Assembly: GCA_001724265.1 (NCBI GenBank)
Contig: MEDY01000294.1
Coordinates: 1-40,885, forward strand
Reading direction: 5' to 3'
Source: Rhizaria sp. SCN 62-66
Taxonomy: Eukaryota
DNA length: 40,885 nucleotides
A model generated the notes under the pieces. That model worked only from the letters and a program-made list of their open reading frames with translations, searched no databases and was not told where the DNA came from. Below are positions 31,501 through 40,720 of this stretch, piece by piece (the first letter of the stretch is position 1; each line of letters starts with the position of its first letter). A program made the translations under genes and the position numbers.

Positions 31501-34500
31501 CCCCTGTTGCGCGGCGCGGCAGCACGACGTCGATGGGCACTGCTGGCGGTTACAACAACCCCAGCAACAACACCGCCTCTTCCTCGGCGAATGCTAATAG
31601 CAGTGGTAGCAGCAGTGGGATGGGTGCTAATGCACGTGGCACTGCTCGCAAGGGCATGATGGCGGCCATCACAGCGCAAATCATCCGTGGAGGCGTGCTC
31701 AAAGACGCCGCCGCCGCCCGCGAAGCCGCTGCCGCCTCGTCCAACAAGGACGGCAGCGGTGGCAAGGACGGTGATCACCCTGCTGCGCCCATGACCGCCT
31801 TCTCCGAGGCTGAGACGGCCCTGGTGACTGAGGCCCGCCGCGCTTTGGCGCCCCTTGTTCCCGCGGACCCCGTCTCCGTGGAGGAGCTGGAGAGACTGTA
31901 CTCTGCCCCCGGTCTCGCACACGTGCCCCGCGACGCCCTTATCGTGCTGCAGGTCTACTCCTCGCGGGGTAAGGCGGCCCGCGGCAGGCCCCTACACCCC
32001 GGGCTGGCGCTGCACACAGCGGGCAAGCCAGGCGCAGCGCTGAGCCATAATCCGCCCCTGTTCCACCTCGTCTTCCCCCTGGCCCAGAGCTGGGAGTCGA
32101 TCATGGCCGCTGTGGCGGAGCGCGCGGAGTCCGCCTCTGCCGTCGCCCTCGCGGCCACCGGCGGCGGCGGGTTGACCGGCGCGCAGGCCACGGCGGCCGC
32201 GAACGCCGCCGCCGCCGCCGGAGCCGGCGGAGCGGTCTTGGACCCAGTCGCTATGGCCGCGGCCAAGGGGCGGCATCTGGCCGTTTCGCAGGCGCTGGCG
32301 GTCGCCAAGTCGAGATTGCTCATGCGCAGGGGGTCGCTCCCCGCCGCGTCCGCGTCCCCCGCTCCCCCGGGCAGCGACCACGGCGGCGACGGAGAGGGGA
32401 CGGCTGCAGACTCAGTTTCCGCCGCCGGTGGTGTTGAAGGTCTTAGTGACGGCCGCGGGTCCCCCGGCCTCCAAGCCCGTCTCCGCCGCTTCGGGCCGCG
32501 GCTTTTCCACCCAGTTTCCGGCGCCGTCATCTCGGACCTCGCAGGGGCGCTCTCAGGCGCCGCGGTCCGCCTGGCCAGTGGCGAGCTCGTCGGCCCGGAC
32601 GCCGCGGGCGCAGCGCTTGCCGCTAAGCGTGCCTCTGCTGCAGCTGCTGGGAATGCCGCTGGCAGAGGCGGCGGCGGCGCGGGGGCCAGAGCGAAATCGA
32701 GAACGTCCAGCGCCAGCGGCAGCGCGGCCGGTGACAACGACGGCGACGAGGACGAGGACGACGATGACGATGAGCCAGAGACGGCGGGCGCTGATGAAGG
32801 CCAGCTGCGGGCCGCTATTTCAGCCCGCATCGTCCGGCCGCTTGAGATGCCGCTGTTGCCGCCGGTGACGGGCACGTCGGCGGCTTTGTTAGACGCTGTA
32901 GTGGATGCGGCGGCTCTGGTCAACACGCGGGCTATGGCAGCTACGGCGGCTCAGGCGGACCGACAGGCCACCGCCTCTGCAGTCGCAGCCTCCTCTGCCG
33001 CCGCCGCCGCAGCCGCCGCCCATAGTGACGAGGCGGGGGCGGGGGACGGGGAGGTTGTTGCGCTGCCTGTCGCGGCGGTCCGCACTGCCACCGAGGCCTT
33101 CGAGTCCGTTGTCACGGCGACGCGCCTCGCCACACGCCCCCGTGTCGTTCTTGATCTCGTCCTCGCACCGCCCTCTGCCTCTGCGAATACCAGCAGTCGG
33201 TCAGCAGTCGCTGCTGCTGCTTCGTCGCTTAGCAACCGCACCTCCCCTGCCCCGGGCTCCCCGCCGCCCGGCGCCACTGCCGCAGGCTACAACAGCAACA
33301 ACAACAGCAGCGGCGGCGGTGTCAGCGGGAGCGGGACTGGATGCGCATTGGAGTGCCTATCCACCGTTGGCACTGCCACTGCCGAGGAGGCCGCCGCGGC
33401 GCTCCGCGAGTGCACCACATGCGGCTGCCTGTACTCAGCTGACCACAGGGCGCGCGCTGTCAAGGTTATCCGGGCTCGCCGCGCCCGCCGCGCTTCGCTG
33501 GCCATCTCGTCCTCGGTTGCAGCCGCAGCCGCGGCCGCCGCTGTTGCTGCCGCCGCGTCCCCGACCGCTGGTGGTTCTGGCAGCGGTCAAATGTCCCCTT
33601 CTGCCGCCGGCGCCGCTGCTGCCGCTGCCGCTGGTATGGGAGGAGGCCTTGTCTTATCTCAGGCGACGGCCGAAGAAGGTACCCGCTTCGAGCCCGGGCC
33701 GGCGCCGCCGCCCCATGCCGCGGGGGCCACCGCCGCGTGGTGCTGGAGGCATGCCGCCGCCCCCGTCTGGGTGCCGGCGGGGCCGGAGGACACCGTGGCT
33801 GCGTTGTTGACCGGCACGACGGCCGACGCAGCGGTCACAACGGCATCGCAGGCCGCCACAAGGAGGAATTCACTCGCCGTGAATACTATTGGTGGCGATG
33901 AAAGCGGCGGTGGTCAGCTGGCGCCTCAGGGGCTGTCAATCCGTATGCCTTCCTCCGGTCCCTTTAACACTGCTAACAACAGCAGCAGTAGTAGTAGTGA
34001 CGGCGCCACCGCTGGTTCCTCCAGCTCTACTTCTACTGCTGGGTGGCGGCTACTTCACCCCTGCTGCGGTGCACCCCCGGCTGACCAGTTAGGCGCGGCC
34101 GTCACGCGCGAGCGTGTCCGCCGCCGCGCCCTCCGCGTTGCCCGGCGGACCGCCTGGGCTGCCCGGGCTGAGGCTAAGAAGGCGGCCGCCACGGCCGCCG
34201 CGGCTGAGGCCGGGACGACGGAATCTGCGGCGGCGGCAGCGGCGGCAGCGACCCGGGCTGCGCTGGCCACTGCCAAGGTCAAGGCTCTGGCGGTGGCGAA
34301 TAAGCAGGGTGGTAAGAACAGTCCTGCCAAGTCCAAGAAAAACCGCAATAGTGGCGGTGATGTTGGCAATGATGATCCTGAGAGCGATGACGACGACAAC
34401 GCTGAGGACGATGACGACGATGATGATGACGAGGAGGAGGAGAATGAGGACGAGGACGAGGACGAGCTTGGCCACTCCGACGACGACGATGTCCGCACCG

Positions 34501-37500
34501 ATGACGAAGCTCTCATCCCGTTCCTCACGTCCCTGGGTCCATGCACTCCGTTTGAGCACGCAGGCCCACTCTGCCACCCGCCCCGTCTCCGCGCTCTGGC
34601 GCCCGACGAAGTCGCCGCGGCGGCCGAGGCCGAGCTGGCCCGCCGCCGCAAGAGGGAGGCCGACCGTGAGCGCCGCGCCCGCGCCCCCCGCGGCGGGGAC
34701 CGTGTCGTTCACTTTTTCGACGCCGAGGGCAAGACCAACGGCTCTACCCGGTTAGACGGCAACGGTGAGCGCGGGACACCGTGGTTCTCGGTCAAATTCG
34801 CCGTCAAAGACAAGCGTAACTGGACCTGGCTCTGGTCCCGCATGCAGACGGGTTTCCGTAAGCTTAACCTTAATGTTAAGCGCAAGGCCGGCGCGCTGGA
34901 GCTGAGGCATGCGCTCACGCAGCGCGCGGTCACCAGTCTGGAGGAGCTGGAGGAGCTGACTCTGCGAGACGGCTCCGTCGACCTCATCATCGTCGACGCG
35001 GGGGCCGCTGTTGTTAACAAGTACGCCAAGGAGGCCGCTGCTGCTTCGAACTCTCTCCCCGCGACGTTTACTCGGCCCTGGCAGCTGGCCGCCTCGTCCC
35101 CCTGGTGGTCGGCTACCGAACTTGCCCGCGTCGTCCGCCGCTGCGGTTTCTGCGGTCAGTTCTTCCGCAACTGCTCCAACTCAGCTGAAGAGAACCGTGA
35201 CCGCGGTGAGGTATGCACTCTCCACAAGGCCAAGCCCGAGCGGGCCGTGTACCTGCCCCTCTTCTGGGAGCCCGACGCCGCGGCACGCCACTGGCGCCGC
35301 ATCGAGGCCGCGCGCGTCGCCGACGACAAGATGGCGCGGGCCAAGGCACTCGATGCGCTTAAACAGCAGCTCATATCGGCGCAGCAACAGCAGGCGTCTC
35401 TCGAGACGGATGAGGACCAGGCGAAGCGCGAGGCCGAGCGGGCCAAACTCGTCGCCGCCGCCGTCGCCCGCCTCCGCTGCGACCAGCCCGGTTCTGGCTC
35501 CGTATCCTCTCTGTCCTCCTTCTCCAGTGGTGGCGGTGGCAACGCTGCTGCCTCTGACGCTCAGACTGCCGCCGCCGTAGCCCGCTGTCTAAGAGCGCTG
35601 CCCGCTGACGTCATCGCCGCCGCCGCCGCGGGCCGCCGCGAGCTGCCCCGCCTCCTCGGCGTCCCCGCGGCAGTTGCTCCTGCCCAGCTGCTGGAGTTGG
35701 CTGCGCTCCGGGCCTCCGGTCTGCCCTGGCGCGTGCTTCGCATCTGGGACGCGGCGGCGGGCGGTGCGCTGGCTAGGGCCCGCGGGGCGGCGCCGCTGCT
35801 AACAGTCCGCTTTCTGCTCCACCCGAGGTTGACCATCGAGGCTGTGCTCGCCCGCGTGTCCCTCGCACTGCTCCACACCGCCGCCCAGGCCACCGGCCGC
35901 GTCTCTGGCTCCTCTAGCGCCGGCTTTAGCTCTAGCTCGAGTCAAACCGCGGGCGTGACGTCTGTGGCACTGCTGAGCGGCGGCGCGGGCGGGCGGGTCG
36001 GCGCGGCGGCGCTGGCGGACCCGCGGGTGGCGCTGCTGCCGCCTCTGCCGCCGGGACTCGGGTGGCCGCTGGCGACTCTGCCGGAGCTGTGGCTGCGGCC
36101 GGCGCGGGCCGTACTCGCCTCGGTCACCTCCAACAGCAGCAACAACAGCAGCGGCAGCGGCGGGAGTAACGCTGCTGGCGGCCTCACAGCTGCCACCCTC
36201 GCCTCCAACGCCAGCGCCAATAGCTCTAGTGGCACGGCCGGGGTGGCGATGGCTGAGCTATGCCCGCCCCCACTCACCGCGGCCGACGCCATAGCCAGCA
36301 TCCTCTCCTCCTCTGGGGGCGGGGGGACAAATACCGGCTCTGGCTCTGCCGCCGCTGTTGCTGCTGCTGCCGCTGCTGCTGCGGGGGCGCCACGACTGCG
36401 GCGCCGCGCCAGTTTGGCCCCCGGTGACGCCGCCTCTATGGCCGCCGCAGCCGACGCCGCCGCCGCCGCCAATGAAGGCGGTTTCACCACTGGCACTAGC
36501 GGCGGTGGCGGTGTGAAGTTGATGGGGGCGTCGTCGTCAATGCCATCTCTGCTGGCCGGCAACTCCTTCTCACTCGTGAACAGCAGCAACGGCGACGATG
36601 CCAGCGCTGCCGCCGCTAACGCCGCCGCCGCCGCCGCCGCCGCGAGCAGTGGGAACAACGAAGAAGCCGCCGCCGCTCTCGCCGCTGCCGCGACTGCAGT
36701 CGCGGGCACGCTTATTGAGCCAGCGCCGGTCCGTGCCGCCGCCGCCGTGTTGGCCGCCGCGCCGTCCTGGTTAGCCGCGCTGCCTAGTCCGGCAGAGCTG
36801 GAGCTTCGGCATCCTGTCACGGGCGAGCTGTTCGTCGCCGTTACTAAGGCCGAGGCGCGTGACTCGCGTGCCTTTGCTCTGGCAGCCGCGGCCCCCGGCG
36901 CGGTCGCTGCGGCGCTTGGTGCGGCCAACAGCCGCCGCAACTCGACTGCGGTGGCGGCGAATTACGAGGCGATGCCGCCTGCGCTGGCCGGTATGCACTC
37001 CCGGACCCACTCGCGGTCACTCTCCCAGTCGCACACCCAGCTCCAGAGCCTCGCCAACGCTCCTAGCGGCGGTTTCCCGGCGACGGCGGCGGTCGGGGGT
37101 CTGGCGTTGATCCGGGCTCTGCTCGCACGCGGATTACCTTCCCTGCCCTGGCCTGGCTACGAGCCGCCCGCCAGCGCCGGAGTCGGCACCGCGGCCGTCA
37201 CGTCCCGCGGGTTGTTGCTGGCCGAGTGCGCTGATGCGCTGGGGCAGATCGACGTGGTGGTGACCCGCGCCCCCGCTGCCGCTGCGCGCGCAGTCACGGC
37301 CAGTGACACTGCCGACGCAGAAGCCCTCGCGCCCACTGCCCTCCGCTCCAGCTCTAGCTCGATCCCGGCAGCGGTGGCTGAGGTATTAGGCGCGGTCGAC
37401 TGCTCTGCCGCCGCTGCCGTCTCGGCCGCCGCGCTGGCCGCCGGCACGTGCGCCCTGGCCGACGGCACCAAAGCTCACCGTGCCAGGGTCGAGTCGCTGC

Positions 37501-37886
37501 TAGTCGCGCGCGCCTGCGTCCACTGCGGGGGCGTCTTCTGCTTGCACGACCAGGCGGCGGCGGGCGCGTGCGGATACCACCCTCAGCGCGCGGTGCCCGT
37601 GTCGGCCGCCGAGTGCGATAGTGAGGAGGCGGGGGGCGCGGTTTTCTGCTTCCCCTGCTGCGGGGTCACCGTCCCCGCTACGGCAGTGCATACGGGCGCG
37701 CTGCCGGAGCGGTCGATCGACTTCGCAGCGCCGCCGCAGCCCATGGCCGGGATCGTGCAGCGCGGCAAGGCGGCCGCGGCGGCCGCGGCGGCGCGGGGCG
37801 GCGGCTACGCGGGGCCTAAGGGGTGTGCGTCGGCGCCCACGCACGCCGGGTCCGCCAAGTCGCCGCCTAAATTCGTCGTTTTTTAA
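28521..37886 (+). CDS. Large low-complexity protein with repeated ubiquitin-like (KHA/DCX-like) and CHORD-like Cys/His Zn-binding modules, 3121 aa
   Basis: Uninterrupted 9.4-kb ORF, ATG 28521 to TAA. Ala/Gly/Ser/Asn tracts and acidic runs. Three CxxCGxxF/Y...CxxH motifs, two of them completed by PCCG...(G/P)C...H. The function call is tentative. Confidence 0.8.
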   Translation: MSLAPGESLPRLPSSSASAFTSGPAPSPTQPLRQASRRANSSAGPGPGPGPAPGSPSVPLATSSSNSTSGAGGSPSALPPLSHRAASATDAPGNNSSGNCSSSHLPPPCDDRHALPATEDDRESTYYTHGSLSNNGGANGGDFSLSDTASVGSDHPNHGNYHGSHQQQHQYHASTGNPYYQQQQQGQGQQQMQMQMRVGSGGRHIRSPSASGASGFAPGSGILHSDADPHNNNINNSSGKQHQHTNSGGGGGGYGYGHVLRVGSPASTASASAPVATGLAPVAVAVAAAPRGIRLVFPPRAVSTAASNHSMNNSNNGHSANDAAAAAGAATASVDPSPPTTKPASGTATNANVGANATAGSVEAKSDEVKPGGPSKSATARPLRMVVKPRDSSVNAASAAPTAATDNSSKGAGAGAFTADAVPVPTTVVLLNPVAAAASVPASAAAAAVTAEGTTPVSLTVTDSSSSDAAAGDTGSNGPGVMRIYVFTLNNSNNNNNGGNSVHNANTAVNAELAQVVHVPVSAPWSVAKDILVSAATLSPAAAAAAAAASAAGVNGPNASASYPSSSSSSSSSLLSAAAAAATNSVNAVARVWSSANLAEITATSGLSHRDRVLVTLPGQPTPADSLSATAGTLDPVAAALALFPPAPAPVQHAYSQSQASSAQSRKSPTLQPRRSPSSTSHSNHAGDGGGRGVSLGDVFLPGSSGLASLSLPTAAPLGQTTSPSPSATNNTSSNASGPSGSGGAAKAPAGMRRASAVLFTTGGVNGPLLAASPAPASNNNSNGPSSTPDSSSAAGGGASSTGAGGGGKSTVSGYGARLSLVLSAGGGLSGLTTAQAGSGDGSGSDQQQQPGGGGPQYHAPGRRAHRGSVDLYVVAEGGGGDGDGAGPEGGAAANGRSQSSTKRMGTSLSMVSLDGSNSGNNIITNNSDNNHNSFILAGHGSVPGTPSNHGNSSSTPMYAARGGRHRANRSMSMASSGGGDDAHSNVAGAIAPAPVARRGSTTSMGTAGGYNNPSNNTASSSANANSSGSSSGMGANARGTARKGMMAAITAQIIRGGVLKDAAAAREAAAASSNKDGSGGKDGDHPAAPMTAFSEAETALVTEARRALAPLVPADPVSVEELERLYSAPGLAHVPRDALIVLQVYSSRGKAARGRPLHPGLALHTAGKPGAALSHNPPLFHLVFPLAQSWESIMAAVAERAESASAVALAATGGGGLTGAQATAAANAAAAAGAGGAVLDPVAMAAAKGRHLAVSQALAVAKSRLLMRRGSLPAASASPAPPGSDHGGDGEGTAADSVSAAGGVEGLSDGRGSPGLQARLRRFGPRLFHPVSGAVISDLAGALSGAAVRLASGELVGPDAAGAALAAKRASAAAAGNAAGRGGGGAGARAKSRTSSASGSAAGDNDGDEDEDDDDDEPETAGADEGQLRAAISARIVRPLEMPLLPPVTGTSAALLDAVVDAAALVNTRAMAATAAQADRQATASAVAASSAAAAAAAAHSDEAGAGDGEVVALPVAAVRTATEAFESVVTATRLATRPRVVLDLVLAPPSASANTSSRSAVAAAASSLSNRTSPAPGSPPPGATAAGYNSNNNSSGGGVSGSGTGCALECLSTVGTATAEEAAAALRECTTCGCLYSADHRARAVKVIRARRARRASLAISSSVAAAAAAAAVAAAASPTAGGSGSGQMSPSAAGAAAAAAAGMGGGLVLSQATAEEGTRFEPGPAPPPHAAGATAAWCWRHAAAPVWVPAGPEDTVAALLTGTTADAAVTTASQAATRRNSLAVNTIGGDESGGGQLAPQGLSIRMPSSGPFNTANNSSSSSSDGATAGSSSSTSTAGWRLLHPCCGAPPADQLGAAVTRERVRRRALRVARRTAWAARAEAKKAAATAAAAEAGTTESAAAAAAAATRAALATAKVKALAVANKQGGKNSPAKSKKNRNSGGDVGNDDPESDDDDNAEDDDDDDDDEEEENEDEDEDELGHSDDDDVRTDDEALIPFLTSLGPCTPFEHAGPLCHPPRLRALAPDEVAAAAEAELARRRKREADRERRARAPRGGDRVVHFFDAEGKTNGSTRLDGNGERGTPWFSVKFAVKDKRNWTWLWSRMQTGFRKLNLNVKRKAGALELRHALTQRAVTSLEELEELTLRDGSVDLIIVDAGAAVVNKYAKEAAAASNSLPATFTRPWQLAASSPWWSATELARVVRRCGFCGQFFRNCSNSAEENRDRGEVCTLHKAKPERAVYLPLFWEPDAAARHWRRIEAARVADDKMARAKALDALKQQLISAQQQQASLETDEDQAKREAERAKLVAAAVARLRCDQPGSGSVSSLSSFSSGGGGNAAASDAQTAAAVARCLRALPADVIAAAAAGRRELPRLLGVPAAVAPAQLLELAALRASGLPWRVLRIWDAAAGGALARARGAAPLLTVRFLLHPRLTIEAVLARVSLALLHTAAQATGRVSGSSSAGFSSSSSQTAGVTSVALLSGGAGGRVGAAALADPRVALLPPLPPGLGWPLATLPELWLRPARAVLASVTSNSSNNSSGSGGSNAAGGLTAATLASNASANSSSGTAGVAMAELCPPPLTAADAIASILSSSGGGGTNTGSGSAAAVAAAAAAAAGAPRLRRRASLAPGDAASMAAAADAAAAANEGGFTTGTSGGGGVKLMGASSSMPSLLAGNSFSLVNSSNGDDASAAAANAAAAAAAASSGNNEEAAAALAAAATAVAGTLIEPAPVRAAAAVLAAAPSWLAALPSPAELELRHPVTGELFVAVTKAEARDSRAFALAAAAPGAVAAALGAANSRRNSTAVAANYEAMPPALAGMHSRTHSRSLSQSHTQLQSLANAPSGGFPATAAVGGLALIRALLARGLPSLPWPGYEPPASAGVGTAAVTSRGLLLAECADALGQIDVVVTRAPAAAARAVTASDTADAEALAPTALRSSSSSIPAAVAEVLGAVDCSAAAAVSAAALAAGTCALADGTKAHRARVESLLVARACVHCGGVFCLHDQAAAGACGYHPQRAVPVSAAECDSEEAGGAVFCFPCCGVTVPATAVHTGALPERSIDFAAPPQPMAGIVQRGKAAAAAAAARGGGYAGPKGCASAPTHAGSAKSPPKFVVF

Positions 37887-38325
37887 ACGTCTTTCTTTCT
37901 ATCTTCTGTTGCGAGTTTGATACTAGTTTAACTTTCTGTGGGCGTCTTGATGGGCGTGGCAGAGAGAGCATGTGTTTATTTTGTATATGCATGCTGTTGT
38001 GTCTTTATTTTTTAGTTTAGTTTAACTCTGTGTATTTTTTAACATGCCGTTGTGACCAAGGTTCGTTTACGTGCACCATTTATAGTGAGTTTTAGTTCCT
38101 TCTCTCTCCGTTGTTATTCTCTTCACTCGGCGGCACAACAAGAGTCACTTTCTTACAATCTTCGGTGGTCTGCCAATTTGCCCAATGTCGTGCTCAATGA
38201 AATCTCCGTCGCTGGCGATGTGACCTCTATTAGATACAATTACTTTTTTTAATCCATATTTCTGCCTAATAATATTTCTTGAATTGATCGTCTTATCTTG
38301 CTATTGCTTCCTTCAGCAGATAGAC

Positions 38326-39232
38326 ATGTCTATCATCGTTGGCGTGGGCGTCTTTGTCCGTCGGGGCACCAGTGTCCTTGTTGGCAAGCGTCTCAACTCC
38401 CACGGCGCGGGCACCTGGTCCCTTCCTGGTGGCCGCGTTGAGTTCGGCGAGTCCTATATCGAGACGGCTGCGCGCGAGCTTAAGGAAGAGACCGGCATCG
38501 ACGTCACCCACTTGGTCCCGGCCGCGCAACGGGCTCCGCTCACTGTTACGCTCACTGGCGAGGCCACATTCCGCCCCGCAACCAACGCCACGTCTCCCGC
38601 TGGTGCGCCCTTTGAGGCCGCGGCCGTGACAGTGTTCTGCCCGGAAGAACGCGCTCATATGGTTGTACGTCTGGTTGTGGTAGACGCGCCGGCAGATGTG
38701 ACGCCCGTTGTGACGGAGCAGGATAAGTGCGAGGTACGTACATCATCAAAGTCCAAATGAACTGTTACCAGATTTTGATTTAATGAAGAATGTGCTGTTA
38801 ATTGTGTATATGTATTGCTTTTTTTTTAATAGTTTTGTCTTCTCTCTCGATATATCTCCCGTTTCTTTCTCAACACAAAAACCTGCTTCCTATAACACTT
38901 CGTTTGCTTCTCTGCTTCTTTGACTTTTGTAACAGAGCTGGCACTGGGTGCCGTGGGACGACATTCGCTCTCTCTCCCGCACCCGTTTTGCTTCCCCTCT
39001 TTCGACTGACGCCATTGCAGTTACTGCTGCCACTTTTGTTGACGGCGAAACTGCTCCGGTGACTGTATGTGATGGCGTTGATACGGCGGCGGCGCGTGAT
39101 GCCGCAGTGAAACTGGGCCCCGATGGGGAATTGTTGCGCGGCGGTAAGGTGTTTGCACCGATGCTTGCGGTTGCGTTGTCGGACTGGAACCCTACTCTGG
39201 CCATCGCGGGGGAGATGATCCGCACCATCTGA
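38326..39232 (+). CDS. Nudix hydrolase, NUDT15/MTH2 (AtNUDT1)-like, two exons (38326-38733, 38936-39232), 234 aa
   Basis: VGVGVFV...VLVGKRLNSHGAGTWSLPGG and Nudix box GGRVEFGESYIETAARELKEETGI. Splicing joins EQDKCE to SWHWVPWDD, restoring the family EPxKCExWxWxxW motif. Ends in TGA. Confidence 0.92.
38734..38935 (+). other. Spliceosomal intron (202 nt, phase 0) in the Nudix gene
   Basis: GAG|GTACGT donor, AT-rich body, pyrimidine tract, TAACAG|AGC acceptor; removal restores a conserved motif in frame. Confidence 0.9.
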
Positions 39233-39743
39233 GGCTACGTATGTACTAATATGGAATCATACGCATTTCGATTCGATTCTTTATTCCGGAGAAGACACTG
39301 TGTAAGGATTCGGTCTGCACTAATTGAGAAGCATGTCAGTGCATCTAGCACGACATTGAGAGCCACGGCAATCTAAGATCTGTCAAGAGTATTATACCGC
39401 ATGTGTGTAACGTGTTTTTCGACACAATTTTAGCTGTTTCAATTCGTTGTATCAAGCGAGTTGTGTCCGCGACGTGAAATAAGACTGTATTGCTGTTTAA
39501 GCACTGCACCGTATTTTGATCCCGCTGTTGCACTTACTCTTGGTTTGTTACATGTAACCTGTCGTGTGCTCGCTACAAACTAAAGCAATTCGCCTGCTGA
39601 ACAATCGACTCAGAGCCTGAACTTAAAACGCTGCATAACCACCAGACATTTCTCAACTAGCGAATAAAACTTTAATTTGAGCAGATAAAATATGTGCTTT
39701 GTGGTTGTGTTGCAGTACTTATGTAATGTTGTGTTTTAGGCAT

Positions 39744-40136
39744 TTACCCGTGGTAGAGCTGTCCGTTACGGCAGGTGAGCTGGTCCGGACTGTAGCAAGC
39801 AGTCCCACACAGCGACGACCGCTCATGCGGGCAGACGAAAAAGTCCTCCAGACAGATCGACGGTCCCGGATTAAAGCAGGCGTCGCCGCAGCGATGCTCG
39901 TGGGTTGCGCAGACGAGTCCGTCGCGGCAGATCTGCGGGCCGTGGCGGTAGCACACGGCGTCGGTGGTGTTGGTGTTGTAGACCGTGATGGGGCAGATGT
40001 GGTCCGTGGGCGGGCAGATTGGCGCGGGACGCTCCATAAAGGCAACCACAGCAAGAACCGCGGCGGAGGTAAGAAAGAGAAAAGCCAGGAGCTGAAATCG
40101 GTGTGCGATGGCGGGGAAGTACAGGAACAACTGCAT
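39744..40136 (-). CDS. Small secreted or membrane-anchored Cys-rich protein with CBM52-like (beta-1,3-glucan-binding) module, 130 aa
   Basis: Hydrophobic N-terminal segment LLAFLFLTSAAVLAVVAF. Repeats CGDACFNP..SIC...F.CP...CGTACYSPDQLTCRNGQL match the CGxxCYxPxxYxC pattern of CBM52. ATG to TAA. Confidence 0.72.
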   Translation of the reverse strand: MQLFLYFPAIAHRFQLLAFLFLTSAAVLAVVAFMERPAPICPPTDHICPITVYNTNTTDAVCYRHGPQICRDGLVCATHEHRCGDACFNPGPSICLEDFFVCPHERSSLCGTACYSPDQLTCRNGQLYHG

Positions 40137-40720
40137 TGGCTAGTTGTCTCTTCAAGTTGCAAATGCATAAAGATGGAAGGGTGATGATAACTCATGTTTT
40201 AAGAAGACTTATGACTTTCAAATAACAGAAATAGATATTCTGTTAGATTCAATAGCTATCTTTAAGTAAGTTTGACGAGTTCAACGAATACACAAGCATT
40301 TATATCCTTGACAATCTCAAGTGCAACATGTCTTAGAAATGACTGTGAGCGCGTTGCAGCTTCCGCCATACAACCGTTACCATTCCTCGCACAAAACAAA
40401 ACATCATTACTACAACAATGCGCATATTATTACAATATTTGTTATAAAACAAGACATCAACAAACATCCGATACTCTTGTGTAACTTGAACAAATCAGCG
40501 CGACTAGAAAAGCCAATTTGTCGTGACCGTTGCAACTCCGCATCCACGATGCGTACATACGTATCAAGAGGTAGCACGTTCGCTAAGCAGTTTTGTCGTC
40601 ATTTGCTGTGAACGAATCGTTAGCAAGCTCGACACCAGATTGTGACGCACGACATTTTACATAAAAAAGCATGTGAGACGGTGACTAAGACGGCCCACGG
40701 TGTATTCCCCTCGCTGTGTC

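Noticed and set aside
28502-37920. Numerous overlapping alternative-frame and antisense ORFs within the 3121-aa gene
   Set aside because: Expected from very high GC and trinucleotide repeats; the products are Arg/Pro-rich frame artefacts.
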